A stretch of DNA of 64,000 nt from Alphaproteobacteria bacterium. Lineage in GTDB: Bacteria; Pseudomonadota; Alphaproteobacteria; UBA828. Location: assembly GCA_022820945.1 (NCBI GenBank), contig JAJEEP010000178.1, positions 60,653 to 124,652 on the forward strand. The letters run 5' to 3'. Below, piece after piece: positions 28,778-37,506 of this stretch (the first letter of the stretch is position 1; each line of letters opens with the position of its first letter). The position numbers and the translations under genes are program-made. The notes under the pieces are model-generated. The model was not told the origin of the DNA, ran no database searches, and saw only the letters and a program-made list of their open reading frames with translations.

Positions 28778-29911
28778 ATGGCTGACGCGCACCGCACCCG
28801 CCGCATCGCCCATATCGACTACCCCGGCGGCGGCCAGGTCTGGGTCGACGGCACCACGCTCTACATCGGCCACATGCGCTGGCCCTCCGGCACCACCATT
28901 GTCGACGTGGCCGACCCGGCGAACCCGCGCACGCTCGCGCGCATCGACCTGCCGGAAGGCTGGCACTCCCACAAGGTCCGCGCGGCCAACGGCGTCATGC
29001 TGGTCAACCACGAGCGCCTCGGCGGCGGCGGGAACGACGCCAACGGCTTCGGCGGCGGGCTCGGCATCTACGATGTCTCGAACCCCGCAACGCCCACCCT
29101 CATCACCAAGTGGCGCACCGCCGGCAAGGGCGTGCACCGCTTCACCTTCGACGGCCGTTACGCCTACATCTCGCCCACGGTCGAGGGCTACGTCGGCAAC
29201 ATCGTGATGATCCTTGACCTGGCCGACCCGGCCCAGCCAGAAGAAGTCGGCCGCTGGTGGATCCCCGGCCAGTGGCAGGCGGGCGGCGAGGAATACCCCT
29301 GGAACGACTGGGTGGCGCCCCGCTGCCACCATCCGCTTCGCCTCGGCGACCGGCTCTACGTCAGCTACTGGCACCACGGCCTCTTCATCCTCGACATCGA
29401 GGACATGACCCGGCCGCAGCACATAGCCGGTGTCAATACCAGCCCCGCCTTCCCGCACCCGACCCACACCTGCCTGCCCTTCCCGTACAGGCTCAAGGGC
29501 CGGCACATCATGGTGGTGGCGGACGAGGACGTGGCGAAGCTCTGGCCCTCCCCGCCGGCCTTCGCCTGGGTCTACGACATCACCGAGGAGCGCTGCCCCA
29601 TCCCTATCAGCACCATCGACGTGGAGGGCGTCGACCGGGACGGCAGCCCCCAGCCCGACATGACCGGCTGCCATCAGCCGTCGGACCGGTTCACCGGCAA
29701 CGTCGTGCCCTTCGCCTGGTTCGCCCAGGGCCTGCGCCTGGTGGACGTGTCGGACCCGTTCGCGCCACGCGAGGTCGCGCGCTACGTCCCCGACCCGCCG
29801 GAGGGCTGCGAGCGCGCCTCCTCCAACGACGTCACCGTGGACGACCGCGGCCTGATCTACCTGATCGACCGCCAGCGCGGCGTCGACATCATCGAGACCG
29901 ACGCCCTCTAA
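28778..29911 (+). CDS. cytoplasmic LVIVD-repeat-like beta-propeller protein of unknown function
   Basis: ATG at 28778 inside ORF 27743..29911. It has repeated hydrophobic-strand plus D(V/I)(S/A)DPxxP units: VDVADPANP, YDVSNPATP, LDLADPAQP, LDIEDMTRP, VDVSDPFAP. No signal peptide. Confidence 0.45.
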   Translation: MADAHRTRRIAHIDYPGGGQVWVDGTTLYIGHMRWPSGTTIVDVADPANPRTLARIDLPEGWHSHKVRAANGVMLVNHERLGGGGNDANGFGGGLGIYDVSNPATPTLITKWRTAGKGVHRFTFDGRYAYISPTVEGYVGNIVMILDLADPAQPEEVGRWWIPGQWQAGGEEYPWNDWVAPRCHHPLRLGDRLYVSYWHHGLFILDIEDMTRPQHIAGVNTSPAFPHPTHTCLPFPYRLKGRHIMVVADEDVAKLWPSPPAFAWVYDITEERCPIPISTIDVEGVDRDGSPQPDMTGCHQPSDRFTGNVVPFAWFAQGLRLVDVSDPFAPREVARYVPDPPEGCERASSNDVTVDDRGLIYLIDRQRGVDIIETDAL

Positions 29912-30036
29912 GCCGCAGCGGCCCCTCACCTCGCACAGGCGGGCCGTGGTGTCTCATACCGATTCGGGCTAGGGTCCGGCCCGCTTGGCGGCGAGGGCCG
30001 CCGGCGGAAAGAGCCATCTGACACGGCGGGAGAGCC

Positions 30037-32100
30037 ATGCGATTTGCGGTCGATACCGGGGGAACCTTCACCGACCTTGTCGTCGAGTCCGACGACGGGG
30101 GCCTGCGCATGTACAAGGCGCCGACCACGCCGTCGGACCCGGTTGCCGGCGTGCTGGAGACGCTCGCCCACGCCGCCGACGACCTGGGCGAGAGCCGCGA
30201 GACCCTGCTCGGCCGCGGCGAGATGCTGATCCACGGCACCACGCATGCGATCAACGCCATCGTCACCGGCAACACCGCGCGCACGGCCTTTCTCACCACC
30301 GAGGGCCATCCGGACGTGCTGGTGTTCCGCGAGGGCGGGCGCATCGAGCCCTTCAACTTCACCGTGCCCTACCCCGAGCCCTACGTGCCGCGCTCACTGA
30401 CCTACGAGGTGCCCGAGCGCGTGGCCTACGACGGCACCGTCACCGAGCCGCTGGACGAAGCAAGCGTCCTCGCGATCATCGAAGGGCTCAAGGGCCAGGA
30501 GATCGAGGCGGTCGGCGTCTGCCTGCTCTGGTCCATCGTGAACCCCGCGCACGAGCTTCGCGTCGGCGCGCTGCTGGAGCGCCACCTGCCGGGCGTGCCC
30601 TACACCCTTTCGCACGTGCTCAATCCTTCGCTCCGCGAATACCGCCGCGCGTCGTCGACCTGCATCGACGCCTCGCTCAAGCCGCTCATGGGCAGCTATC
30701 TCGGTGGCCTGGAATCGCGCCTGCGCGACGCGGGCTTCGGCGGCCGGGTGCTGGTCGTCACCACCCAGGGCGGCGCCATGGATGCCGCCGACATGGCAAG
30801 CGCGCCGATCCACTCGATCAACTCGGGACCCGCCATGGCGCCCATCGCCGGCCGCGCCTATGCCCAGGTAGACTCCGGCGTCGACACCGCCATCATCGCC
30901 GACACCGGCGGCATCACCTTCGACGTGAGCCTGGTGCGCGGCGGGCGCATTCCCTGGACGCGGGAGACCTGGATCGGCCAGCCCTACCGCGGCCACATGA
31001 CCGGCTTCCCGGCGGTGGACGTGAAGAGCATCGGCGCGGGCGGCGGCAGCATCGCCTGGGTCGACGAGGGCGGCCTGCTCCACGTCGGGCCGAAGAGCGC
31101 CGGCGCCGTCCCCGGCCCGGTCTGCTACGGCGCCGGCGGCACCGAGCCCACCGTGACCGACGCCTCGGTGGTCCTCGGCTGGATCGACCCCGCCTACTTC
31201 CTCGGCGGCACCATGGCGCTGGAGACCGAGGCGGCGGGAAACGCCATCGAGACCCACGTCGCGAGCAAGCTCGGCCTCTCGCTCCACGAGGCGGCAGCCG
31301 CGATCATGAGCGTCGCCACCGAGAACATGGTGCACGCCATCGAGGACATCACGGTCAACCAGGGTATCGATCCGCGCGAGGCCGCCATCGTCGGCGGCGG
31401 CGGCGCGGCCGGCCTCAACGCGGTCGCCATCGCGCGCCGGCTCGGCTGCGCGCAGGTGATCCTGCCCGAGGTCGCGGCCGCGCTCAGCGCCCACGGCGCG
31501 CTGATCTCCGACCTCAGGGCCGAGTACAGCGGCACGCTCTACACGTCCACCGGCGATTTCGACTTCAACGGCGTCAACGCGCTGCTGGAGGGGCTGGAGC
31601 AGAAGTGCCGGGCCTTCATCGAGGGGCCGGGCGCGGGCTCGCTGGAGCAGGTCGTGGAGTTCACCGCCGAGGCGCGCTACCCCAGCCAGATCTGGGAGAT
31701 CGAGGTGCCGCTGCGCGCGGACCGGATCGAGGACGAGCCCGAGCTCGCTGCCTTCATCGAGGACTTCCACAAGACCCACGAAGCGCTCTTCACCTTCGCC
31801 GACACCGAATCGACCATCGAGACCGTCGGCTGGCGCGCCAACGTGCGCTGCCACCTGAGGGACGGCGTCAACCTGAGCGTGGAGAGCGCCGGCGGCGGGC
31901 CGGAGATCGCGCACAGCCGCTCGGTCTATTTCCCGGACACCGGCTTCGTCGAGGCGCGCGTGGTGCACTTCGACGGCATGGGGCCGGGCGAGACCGTGGA
32001 CGGGCCCGCGATCATCGAATCGTCCTTCACCACCGTTGTGATCGACCCCGGGGCCAAGGCCGAGCGCCGGCCCTCGGGCAGTCTCCTGATAACGCCGTGA
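30037..32100 (+). CDS. hydantoinase/oxoprolinase family subunit A (HyuA-like, ATP-dependent)
   Basis: 687-aa ORF. N-terminus MRFAVDTGGTFTDLV. Also has IADTGGITFDVS and the AGGGSIAW actin-fold ATPase motifs. Confidence 0.9.
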   Translation: MRFAVDTGGTFTDLVVESDDGGLRMYKAPTTPSDPVAGVLETLAHAADDLGESRETLLGRGEMLIHGTTHAINAIVTGNTARTAFLTTEGHPDVLVFREGGRIEPFNFTVPYPEPYVPRSLTYEVPERVAYDGTVTEPLDEASVLAIIEGLKGQEIEAVGVCLLWSIVNPAHELRVGALLERHLPGVPYTLSHVLNPSLREYRRASSTCIDASLKPLMGSYLGGLESRLRDAGFGGRVLVVTTQGGAMDAADMASAPIHSINSGPAMAPIAGRAYAQVDSGVDTAIIADTGGITFDVSLVRGGRIPWTRETWIGQPYRGHMTGFPAVDVKSIGAGGGSIAWVDEGGLLHVGPKSAGAVPGPVCYGAGGTEPTVTDASVVLGWIDPAYFLGGTMALETEAAGNAIETHVASKLGLSLHEAAAAIMSVATENMVHAIEDITVNQGIDPREAAIVGGGGAAGLNAVAIARRLGCAQVILPEVAAALSAHGALISDLRAEYSGTLYTSTGDFDFNGVNALLEGLEQKCRAFIEGPGAGSLEQVVEFTAEARYPSQIWEIEVPLRADRIEDEPELAAFIEDFHKTHEALFTFADTESTIETVGWRANVRCHLRDGVNLSVESAGGGPEIAHSRSVYFPDTGFVEARVVHFDGMGPGETVDGPAIIESSFTTVVIDPGAKAERRPSGSLLITP

Positions 32101-32116
32101 CCCAGGGAGCCGGGCG

Positions 32117-33895
32117 ATGGCCAGGAACACGCTGACTCTCAACGCCGATGGCACGCTCGACGGCGTGCAGATGGCGATCATCAACAAGCGGATGGAAGCC
32201 ATCTGCGCCAAGATGGCCAACACGCTGCTGCGCACCGGGCGCTCTGGCGTGCTCAACAGCGCGCGCGATTTCTCCTGCTGCATCGTCACCGCCGAGAACC
32301 GGCTGCTCACGGTCAACGAGAGCCTGCCGATTCACGTGCTGCGCGGCGCCGACATGATGTGCGAGTCGATGCAGGAGTTTCACCCCGTCCTCAAACGGGG
32401 CGACGCCTTCCTCCACAACTCGCCCTACCACGGCTGCTCGCATCCGGCCGACCACACCATCCTCGCGCCGGTGGTGGACGACGACGGCGTGCACCGCTTC
32501 ACCATGGTCGCCAAGGCGCACCAGGCGGACTGCGGCAACTCCATCGCCACCACCTATCACGGCAGCGCGCGCGACGTGTACGAGGAAGGCGCGCTGATCT
32601 TCCCGGCGGTCCAGATCCAGCGCGATTACGAGGACATCGAGGACATCGTGCGCATGTGCCAGCTGCGCATCCGCGTGCCAGAGCAGTGGTGGGGCGACTA
32701 TCTCGCGGAACTCGGCGCGGCGCGCATCGGCGAGCGCGAGATCATGGCCTTCGGCAGCGAGATCGGCTGGGACACCCTGGCCCAGTTCGCCGAGCAGTGG
32801 TTCGACTACAGCGAGCAGCTGATGATCGCGGCCGTGCGCAAGATGCCGGGCGGCCGGGCCGTGACCACCTCGATGCACGACCCCTTCCCCAACGCCGAGG
32901 ACGGCATCCCGGTCAAGATCGTGGTCGACGTGGACCCCGACGAGGCGACGATCGACATCGACCTCCGCGACAACCCGGACGCGATGCCCTGCGGCCTCAA
33001 CCTCTCCCAGGCCTGCTGCGAGAGCACGCTGCTGCTCGGTGTCTTCAACAGCATCCCCGATTCGGTGCCGACCAACACCGGCTCCTTCCGGCGCGTGCGC
33101 ATGCACCTCAAGGAGAACACCGTCTGCGGCATCCCGAAGCACCCGACCAGCTGCTCGGTGGCGACCACCAACCTCGCCGACCGCGTCGGCAACGCCGTGA
33201 GCCGGGCGATCGCGGACCTGGGCGACGGCTACGGTATGGCCAGCACCGGCTCGATCATCCCGCCCTCCCTCGGCGTCATCTCCGGCCACAGCGAGAAGAC
33301 TAAGGGCGCCTACGTCAATCAGATCTTCCTCGGCTGGGGCGGCGGCGCGGCCAGCGCCCAGGCCGACGCCTGGATCTCCATCGGCCACCTCGGCAACGCC
33401 GGCATGTCCTATCAGGATTCCATCGAGCTCGACGAGATGCGCTTCCCCCTCACCGTGCGCGGCCGGCACTTCATCACCGATTCGGGCGGCCACGGGCGGA
33501 CCCGCGGCGGCGCAGGCGTCTATTGCGAGTTCGGGCCGACCGAGGGCGACCTCGAGGTCGGCTACGTCAGCGACGGCAACATCACTGCGCCCGAGGGCGC
33601 GCGCGGTGGCACCGCCGGCGGCCGGGCCAATCAGTTTCGGCGCGATGCCAACGGCGACCTGCACCGGCTCGACCCCTGCGCCCAGGCCATCATCCCCGAG
33701 GGCCACACCATCGTCTCCTACTCCTGCGGCGGTGGGGGCTACGGCGCACCGACGGAGCGCCCGGCGGAACAAGTGGCGCTCGACGTGCGCGAGCGCTGGG
33801 TCTCGCCCGACGCCGCCCGCGAGACCTACCGCGTCGCCCTCGACGACACCGGCGCCCTCGACAAGCCCGCCACCGACCGCCTCCGCAACGGCTGA
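32117..33895 (+). CDS. hydantoinase B/oxoprolinase family subunit (HyuB-like)
   Basis: 592-aa ORF. Contains SARDFSCCI, NSPYHGCSHPAD and GGGGYG near the C-terminus. Confidence 0.9.
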   Translation: MARNTLTLNADGTLDGVQMAIINKRMEAICAKMANTLLRTGRSGVLNSARDFSCCIVTAENRLLTVNESLPIHVLRGADMMCESMQEFHPVLKRGDAFLHNSPYHGCSHPADHTILAPVVDDDGVHRFTMVAKAHQADCGNSIATTYHGSARDVYEEGALIFPAVQIQRDYEDIEDIVRMCQLRIRVPEQWWGDYLAELGAARIGEREIMAFGSEIGWDTLAQFAEQWFDYSEQLMIAAVRKMPGGRAVTTSMHDPFPNAEDGIPVKIVVDVDPDEATIDIDLRDNPDAMPCGLNLSQACCESTLLLGVFNSIPDSVPTNTGSFRRVRMHLKENTVCGIPKHPTSCSVATTNLADRVGNAVSRAIADLGDGYGMASTGSIIPPSLGVISGHSEKTKGAYVNQIFLGWGGGAASAQADAWISIGHLGNAGMSYQDSIELDEMRFPLTVRGRHFITDSGGHGRTRGGAGVYCEFGPTEGDLEVGYVSDGNITAPEGARGGTAGGRANQFRRDANGDLHRLDPCAQAIIPEGHTIVSYSCGGGGYGAPTERPAEQVALDVRERWVSPDAARETYRVALDDTGALDKPATDRLRNG

Positions 33896-34010
33896 GCGGC
33901 GAGCGGGTTTTCGGCCCGCCCTCTCCGCTCAAAATTGGGCGGCGCAGACGGAATCACCGTTGCGCCTCACTGCGCTTGCTGAGACCATCCCGTCAGGCAG
34001 GGGACTGTCC

Positions 34011-34027
34011 ACGAAACTGAATTTCGT
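34011..34027. promoter_or_regulatory. inverted repeat ACGAAA-N5-TTTCGT immediately upstream of the ABC-transporter operon (possible operator)
   Basis: Read directly from the sequence. It ends 18 nt before the preferred start at 34045. Confidence 0.3.
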
Positions 34028-34044
34028 TCATGAGGAGAACTGAG

Positions 34045-35421
34045 ATGGTCGAGCGCAAGGAACAGGAACATTTGCTGCGGCAGGCAGCTCGCGGTCAATT
34101 GCTGCGTGGGGAGATCGACAGACGCCAGTTCATGACCCGCAGCATTGCCGCCGGCCTCGGCTTGGCGGGCGCGAGCGTGGCGGCGAACTACGGCAGCGGA
34201 TTCGCATTCGCGCAGGATCGTCCGCTGACTCCGACCTTCTATCAGTGGATCGAGGACCTGCATCCGTCGATTCCGCAGGTCAACGAGCAGTTCCCCGACA
34301 TCAACTACCAGATCGCGCCGGTCGAGGGCTTTGGCATCGAGCGTTTCGTCGCCGAGGCGCGCAGCCAGGAGAGCACCTGGGACGTCTATGTCGGCCAGAC
34401 CCCGTTCGTGGAAATGACCTCGATGATCCAGGCCGATGTCATCGAGCCGTGGGATCCCTACATCCCTCAAGAGGTCGTCGACGACATGATCCCGGCGATC
34501 CGTGACGAGTGCACCATCGACGGCAAGCTCTACGGCTGGCCCTTCCTGCTCGACGTGATCGGCATGGGCTGGCACTCGGGCATCACCGACGAAGCAGGCG
34601 TCGGCGAGACGCCGCCCGAGACCTGGGACGAGTATCTTGCCAACGCCCACGCCGTGGTCGACAGCGGCGCGGCGCCCTTCGGCGCGACCTTCGACGCCCA
34701 CGGCTGGCGCTCGCTCGCGCCCATGACGCACAGCCTGAACAGTGACGTCTACACCGAGGACGGCCTGTTCGACTTCACCCACGATGCGGCGGTCGAAGCG
34801 CTGATGCTCATGAAGAAGATCATGGACGTGTCGCACCCCGACATTCTGCTCGCGGGCGCAACCGACGGCGGCGTCAACGGCACGCCGGATGAGGTGGCTT
34901 TCGCCGCCCAGCGTGTCGGCTATTACACCAAATATTTCAATGCACCGCTGCGTTTTGCTCAGTATTGGGACGAACCAGGTGCGCTGAAGATGGCAGGTCT
35001 GCCAAAGTTCGCAGGCGGCGAGGGCTCGACCGTGTTCTGGACCACGGGCTGCGCGCTCTTCAAGCATGGCAAGAACAAGGAGCAGGTGGCCGAGTACATC
35101 CGTGCGCTCACCTACGACCGGCAGATCTGGCAGGACTCGATCGCCGGCACAGAGACGGCGCATCCGGGGCAGTTGCCGCCCTATAAGTCGATCTTCGCCG
35201 AGTGGGCCGCCAACCCGCCCGAGTGGATGCTGCCCTTCGTGGGGCTGGTCCGGGGCCAGCTCGATCAGGCCAGGGCGATCAACAACCACCTGATCGGCCT
35301 GCACCAGTTCATCATCGGCCAGTCGACCTGGGAGACCTATCTCAAGGGCGAAGAGCCCGATCCGCGCGTCGCCCTGCAGAACACCATGGATGCAGTGCGC
35401 GCCGAGCTCGAGCGCATGTAG
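34045..35421 (+). CDS. ABC transporter substrate-binding protein (family 1/CUT1 sugar type) with a twin-arginine signal
   Basis: Taken from ORF 34030..35421. I prefer the ATG at 34045 because it is preceded by AGGAGA. Tat motif DRRQFMTRSIAAGLGLAGASVAA. Confidence 0.8.
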   Translation: MVERKEQEHLLRQAARGQLLRGEIDRRQFMTRSIAAGLGLAGASVAANYGSGFAFAQDRPLTPTFYQWIEDLHPSIPQVNEQFPDINYQIAPVEGFGIERFVAEARSQESTWDVYVGQTPFVEMTSMIQADVIEPWDPYIPQEVVDDMIPAIRDECTIDGKLYGWPFLLDVIGMGWHSGITDEAGVGETPPETWDEYLANAHAVVDSGAAPFGATFDAHGWRSLAPMTHSLNSDVYTEDGLFDFTHDAAVEALMLMKKIMDVSHPDILLAGATDGGVNGTPDEVAFAAQRVGYYTKYFNAPLRFAQYWDEPGALKMAGLPKFAGGEGSTVFWTTGCALFKHGKNKEQVAEYIRALTYDRQIWQDSIAGTETAHPGQLPPYKSIFAEWAANPPEWMLPFVGLVRGQLDQARAINNHLIGLHQFIIGQSTWETYLKGEEPDPRVALQNTMDAVRAELERM

Positions 35422-35556
35422 CGACGCCTTTCGCCCGGGGGATGGAGCGCGACGAGCGCACCGTCCCCCGGCGCGTCGCGCGCCGGCATTGACGTACTTG
35501 CTTGCCTTGACCGCGGCGCACCCGCGCTGCGGGCCCGCCTGACGCCGCGCAGCCCC

Positions 35557-36471
35557 ATGGCACGGCAGTACAACGCGGCCAAGGCGCTCCGGGACCTCAA
35601 CACCTGGGTCCTGCTGGCGCCTGCGATCCTTTTTTTCGTCGGCTATCAGGTCTACCCGATCATCCGGGTGATCTGGATCAGCTTTACCGACTTCGAGTTC
35701 CTGACCAACGAGCCGGCCAACTGGGTCGGCGTCGACAACTACATCGAGGCATTCAACGACCCCTTGATGTGGACCAGCCTGTGGCGGGCGGCGCTGTTCA
35801 CGATGATGTTCCTGCCCGGAACCATCATCTTCCCTCTCCTGCTCGCCATCCTGGTGGACCGCGTCAGGGAGCCGGGGCTTGCCACCTTCTACCGCGTGGT
35901 GCTGCTGATTCCGGCGATCATCCCCTCCACGCTCGTCTTCGTGCTGTGGAAGTGGATGTACAACTACCAGGTCGGCCCTATCAATTTCGTCCTGGTGGAG
36001 GTGCTGGAGATCTTCACATTCCACAATGCGCCGCAATGGCTGGGCGGCACCCCGCTCACCCTGCCCTCCATCGCGATCATGGAGATCTGGTGGGGGCTCG
36101 GTTACCACACGATCTTCTTCCTCGCCGGGCTCGCCGTCATTCCCAAGGACCTGAACGAGGCCGCACGGCTCGACGGCGCCAACGAGTGGCAGCTCTTCTG
36201 GCACGTGACGATGCCAAGGCTTGCGCCGATCATGATGATCCTGGTCGTGCTGCGCTTCGGCACCTCGATGGCGGTGATCGACGAATACCTCATCTTCGGC
36301 GGCTTCAACCGCGCCTCGCCCACCTATACCTGGACCATCTTCATGTATGACCAGGCCTTCAAGATCGGCCTGTGGCGGCAGGGGTTTGCGGCCGCAATCG
36401 GCATGATCGGGTCGGTGGTGATGATGTTCTTCGTCGTCATCCTGATCTACATCTTCCGGCCACGGGACTGA
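35557..36471 (+). CDS. carbohydrate ABC transporter permease (MalF/UgpA-like)
   Basis: 304-aa ORF with multiple transmembrane segments. EAA loop is LNEAARLDGANEWQLFWHVTMP. Confidence 0.85.
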   Translation: MARQYNAAKALRDLNTWVLLAPAILFFVGYQVYPIIRVIWISFTDFEFLTNEPANWVGVDNYIEAFNDPLMWTSLWRAALFTMMFLPGTIIFPLLLAILVDRVREPGLATFYRVVLLIPAIIPSTLVFVLWKWMYNYQVGPINFVLVEVLEIFTFHNAPQWLGGTPLTLPSIAIMEIWWGLGYHTIFFLAGLAVIPKDLNEAARLDGANEWQLFWHVTMPRLAPIMMILVVLRFGTSMAVIDEYLIFGGFNRASPTYTWTIFMYDQAFKIGLWRQGFAAAIGMIGSVVMMFFVVILIYIFRPRD

Positions 36472-36478
36472 TAGCGCC

Positions 36479-37366
36479 ATGGTCACACACGCCGCCGCTT
36501 CAGCCCCGCTCAGGCGACGACGACGAAAGTCGTGGCTCCAGCGCAACCGCAACGCGCTCACCCGTCACGGGGTGATCTGGATATTCGTATGGATCATCCT
36601 GCTGCCGCTGGCCTGGGTCCTGCTGCTCTCGGTCAAGTCGCTGCCCGATTCCATGCGGGGCCAGCTCTGGCCGCGCAAATTCGACCTCTCCCACTACGGC
36701 TACGTCTTCGACAAGATCGAGACGCTGCCCACCAACCTGTTCAACAGCATCTACGTGACCGGGGCGACGGTGCTCATCACCACCGCCTGCGCGGTGCTCG
36801 CGGGCTACGCGCTGGTTCACGTGAAGCCACGCGGCACCGGGATCATCGTCACGGTGTTCCTGGTCTCGCTCTACTTCCCGATCCGCGTGGTCTCGATCAT
36901 CTCGATCTACGAGATCCAGAGCGCGCTCGACCTGATCAACAGCACCAGCGGCCTGATCCTGCCCTACATCACGTTGAACCTCGCCATCAGCGTGCTCATC
37001 ATGCGGGCCGTCTTCCAGCTCGTGCCCCACGAGCTGATCGAGGCGGCGCGGATGGACGGCGCCGGCCATTGGCGCACGCTCTGGCTGGTCTGCCTGCCGC
37101 TGGTGCGCAACGGGCTGGTGGTGGTCTTCATCGTCAACTTCGTCACCGCCTGGGGCGAGTTCCTGCTGGGCACGACGCTGACCAACGACCAGGAGGTCCG
37201 CACCATGCCGGTGGTGCTCGCGGCGGCCCAGGGCGGCATGGGGCAGTGGGCCTGGCCGCGAATCGCGGCGGTCTACGTCGTCGTGGTGGCGCCGGGCATC
37301 ATCGCCTTCACCTTCGCCCAACGGCTCTTCTTCAAAGGCCTGATGGAGGGCGTGACGAAGGGCTGA
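36479..37366 (+). CDS. carbohydrate ABC transporter permease (MalG/UgpE-like)
   Basis: 295-aa ORF. EAA loop is LIEAARMDGAGHWRTLWLVCLP. Confidence 0.85.
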   Translation: MVTHAAASAPLRRRRRKSWLQRNRNALTRHGVIWIFVWIILLPLAWVLLLSVKSLPDSMRGQLWPRKFDLSHYGYVFDKIETLPTNLFNSIYVTGATVLITTACAVLAGYALVHVKPRGTGIIVTVFLVSLYFPIRVVSIISIYEIQSALDLINSTSGLILPYITLNLAISVLIMRAVFQLVPHELIEAARMDGAGHWRTLWLVCLPLVRNGLVVVFIVNFVTAWGEFLLGTTLTNDQEVRTMPVVLAAAQGGMGQWAWPRIAAVYVVVVAPGIIAFTFAQRLFFKGLMEGVTKG

Positions 37367-37506
37367 GGAGTCCGCACGGACGGACAGGAGAACGGCTCGG
37401 TGCCGCAGCAGATTCGGACTTTCTCGTTAGTACGTTGAATTTTTTGCGATATTGCGAACACACATCCGCTCGCAAAGTCGAGAACGACACGTTGGGAGGC
37501 GAGCTC

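Noticed and set aside
33967-36561. 864-aa minus-strand ORF
   Set aside because: It is antisense to the binding-protein and permease genes. It is rich in Arg, Asp and His and has no motif content.
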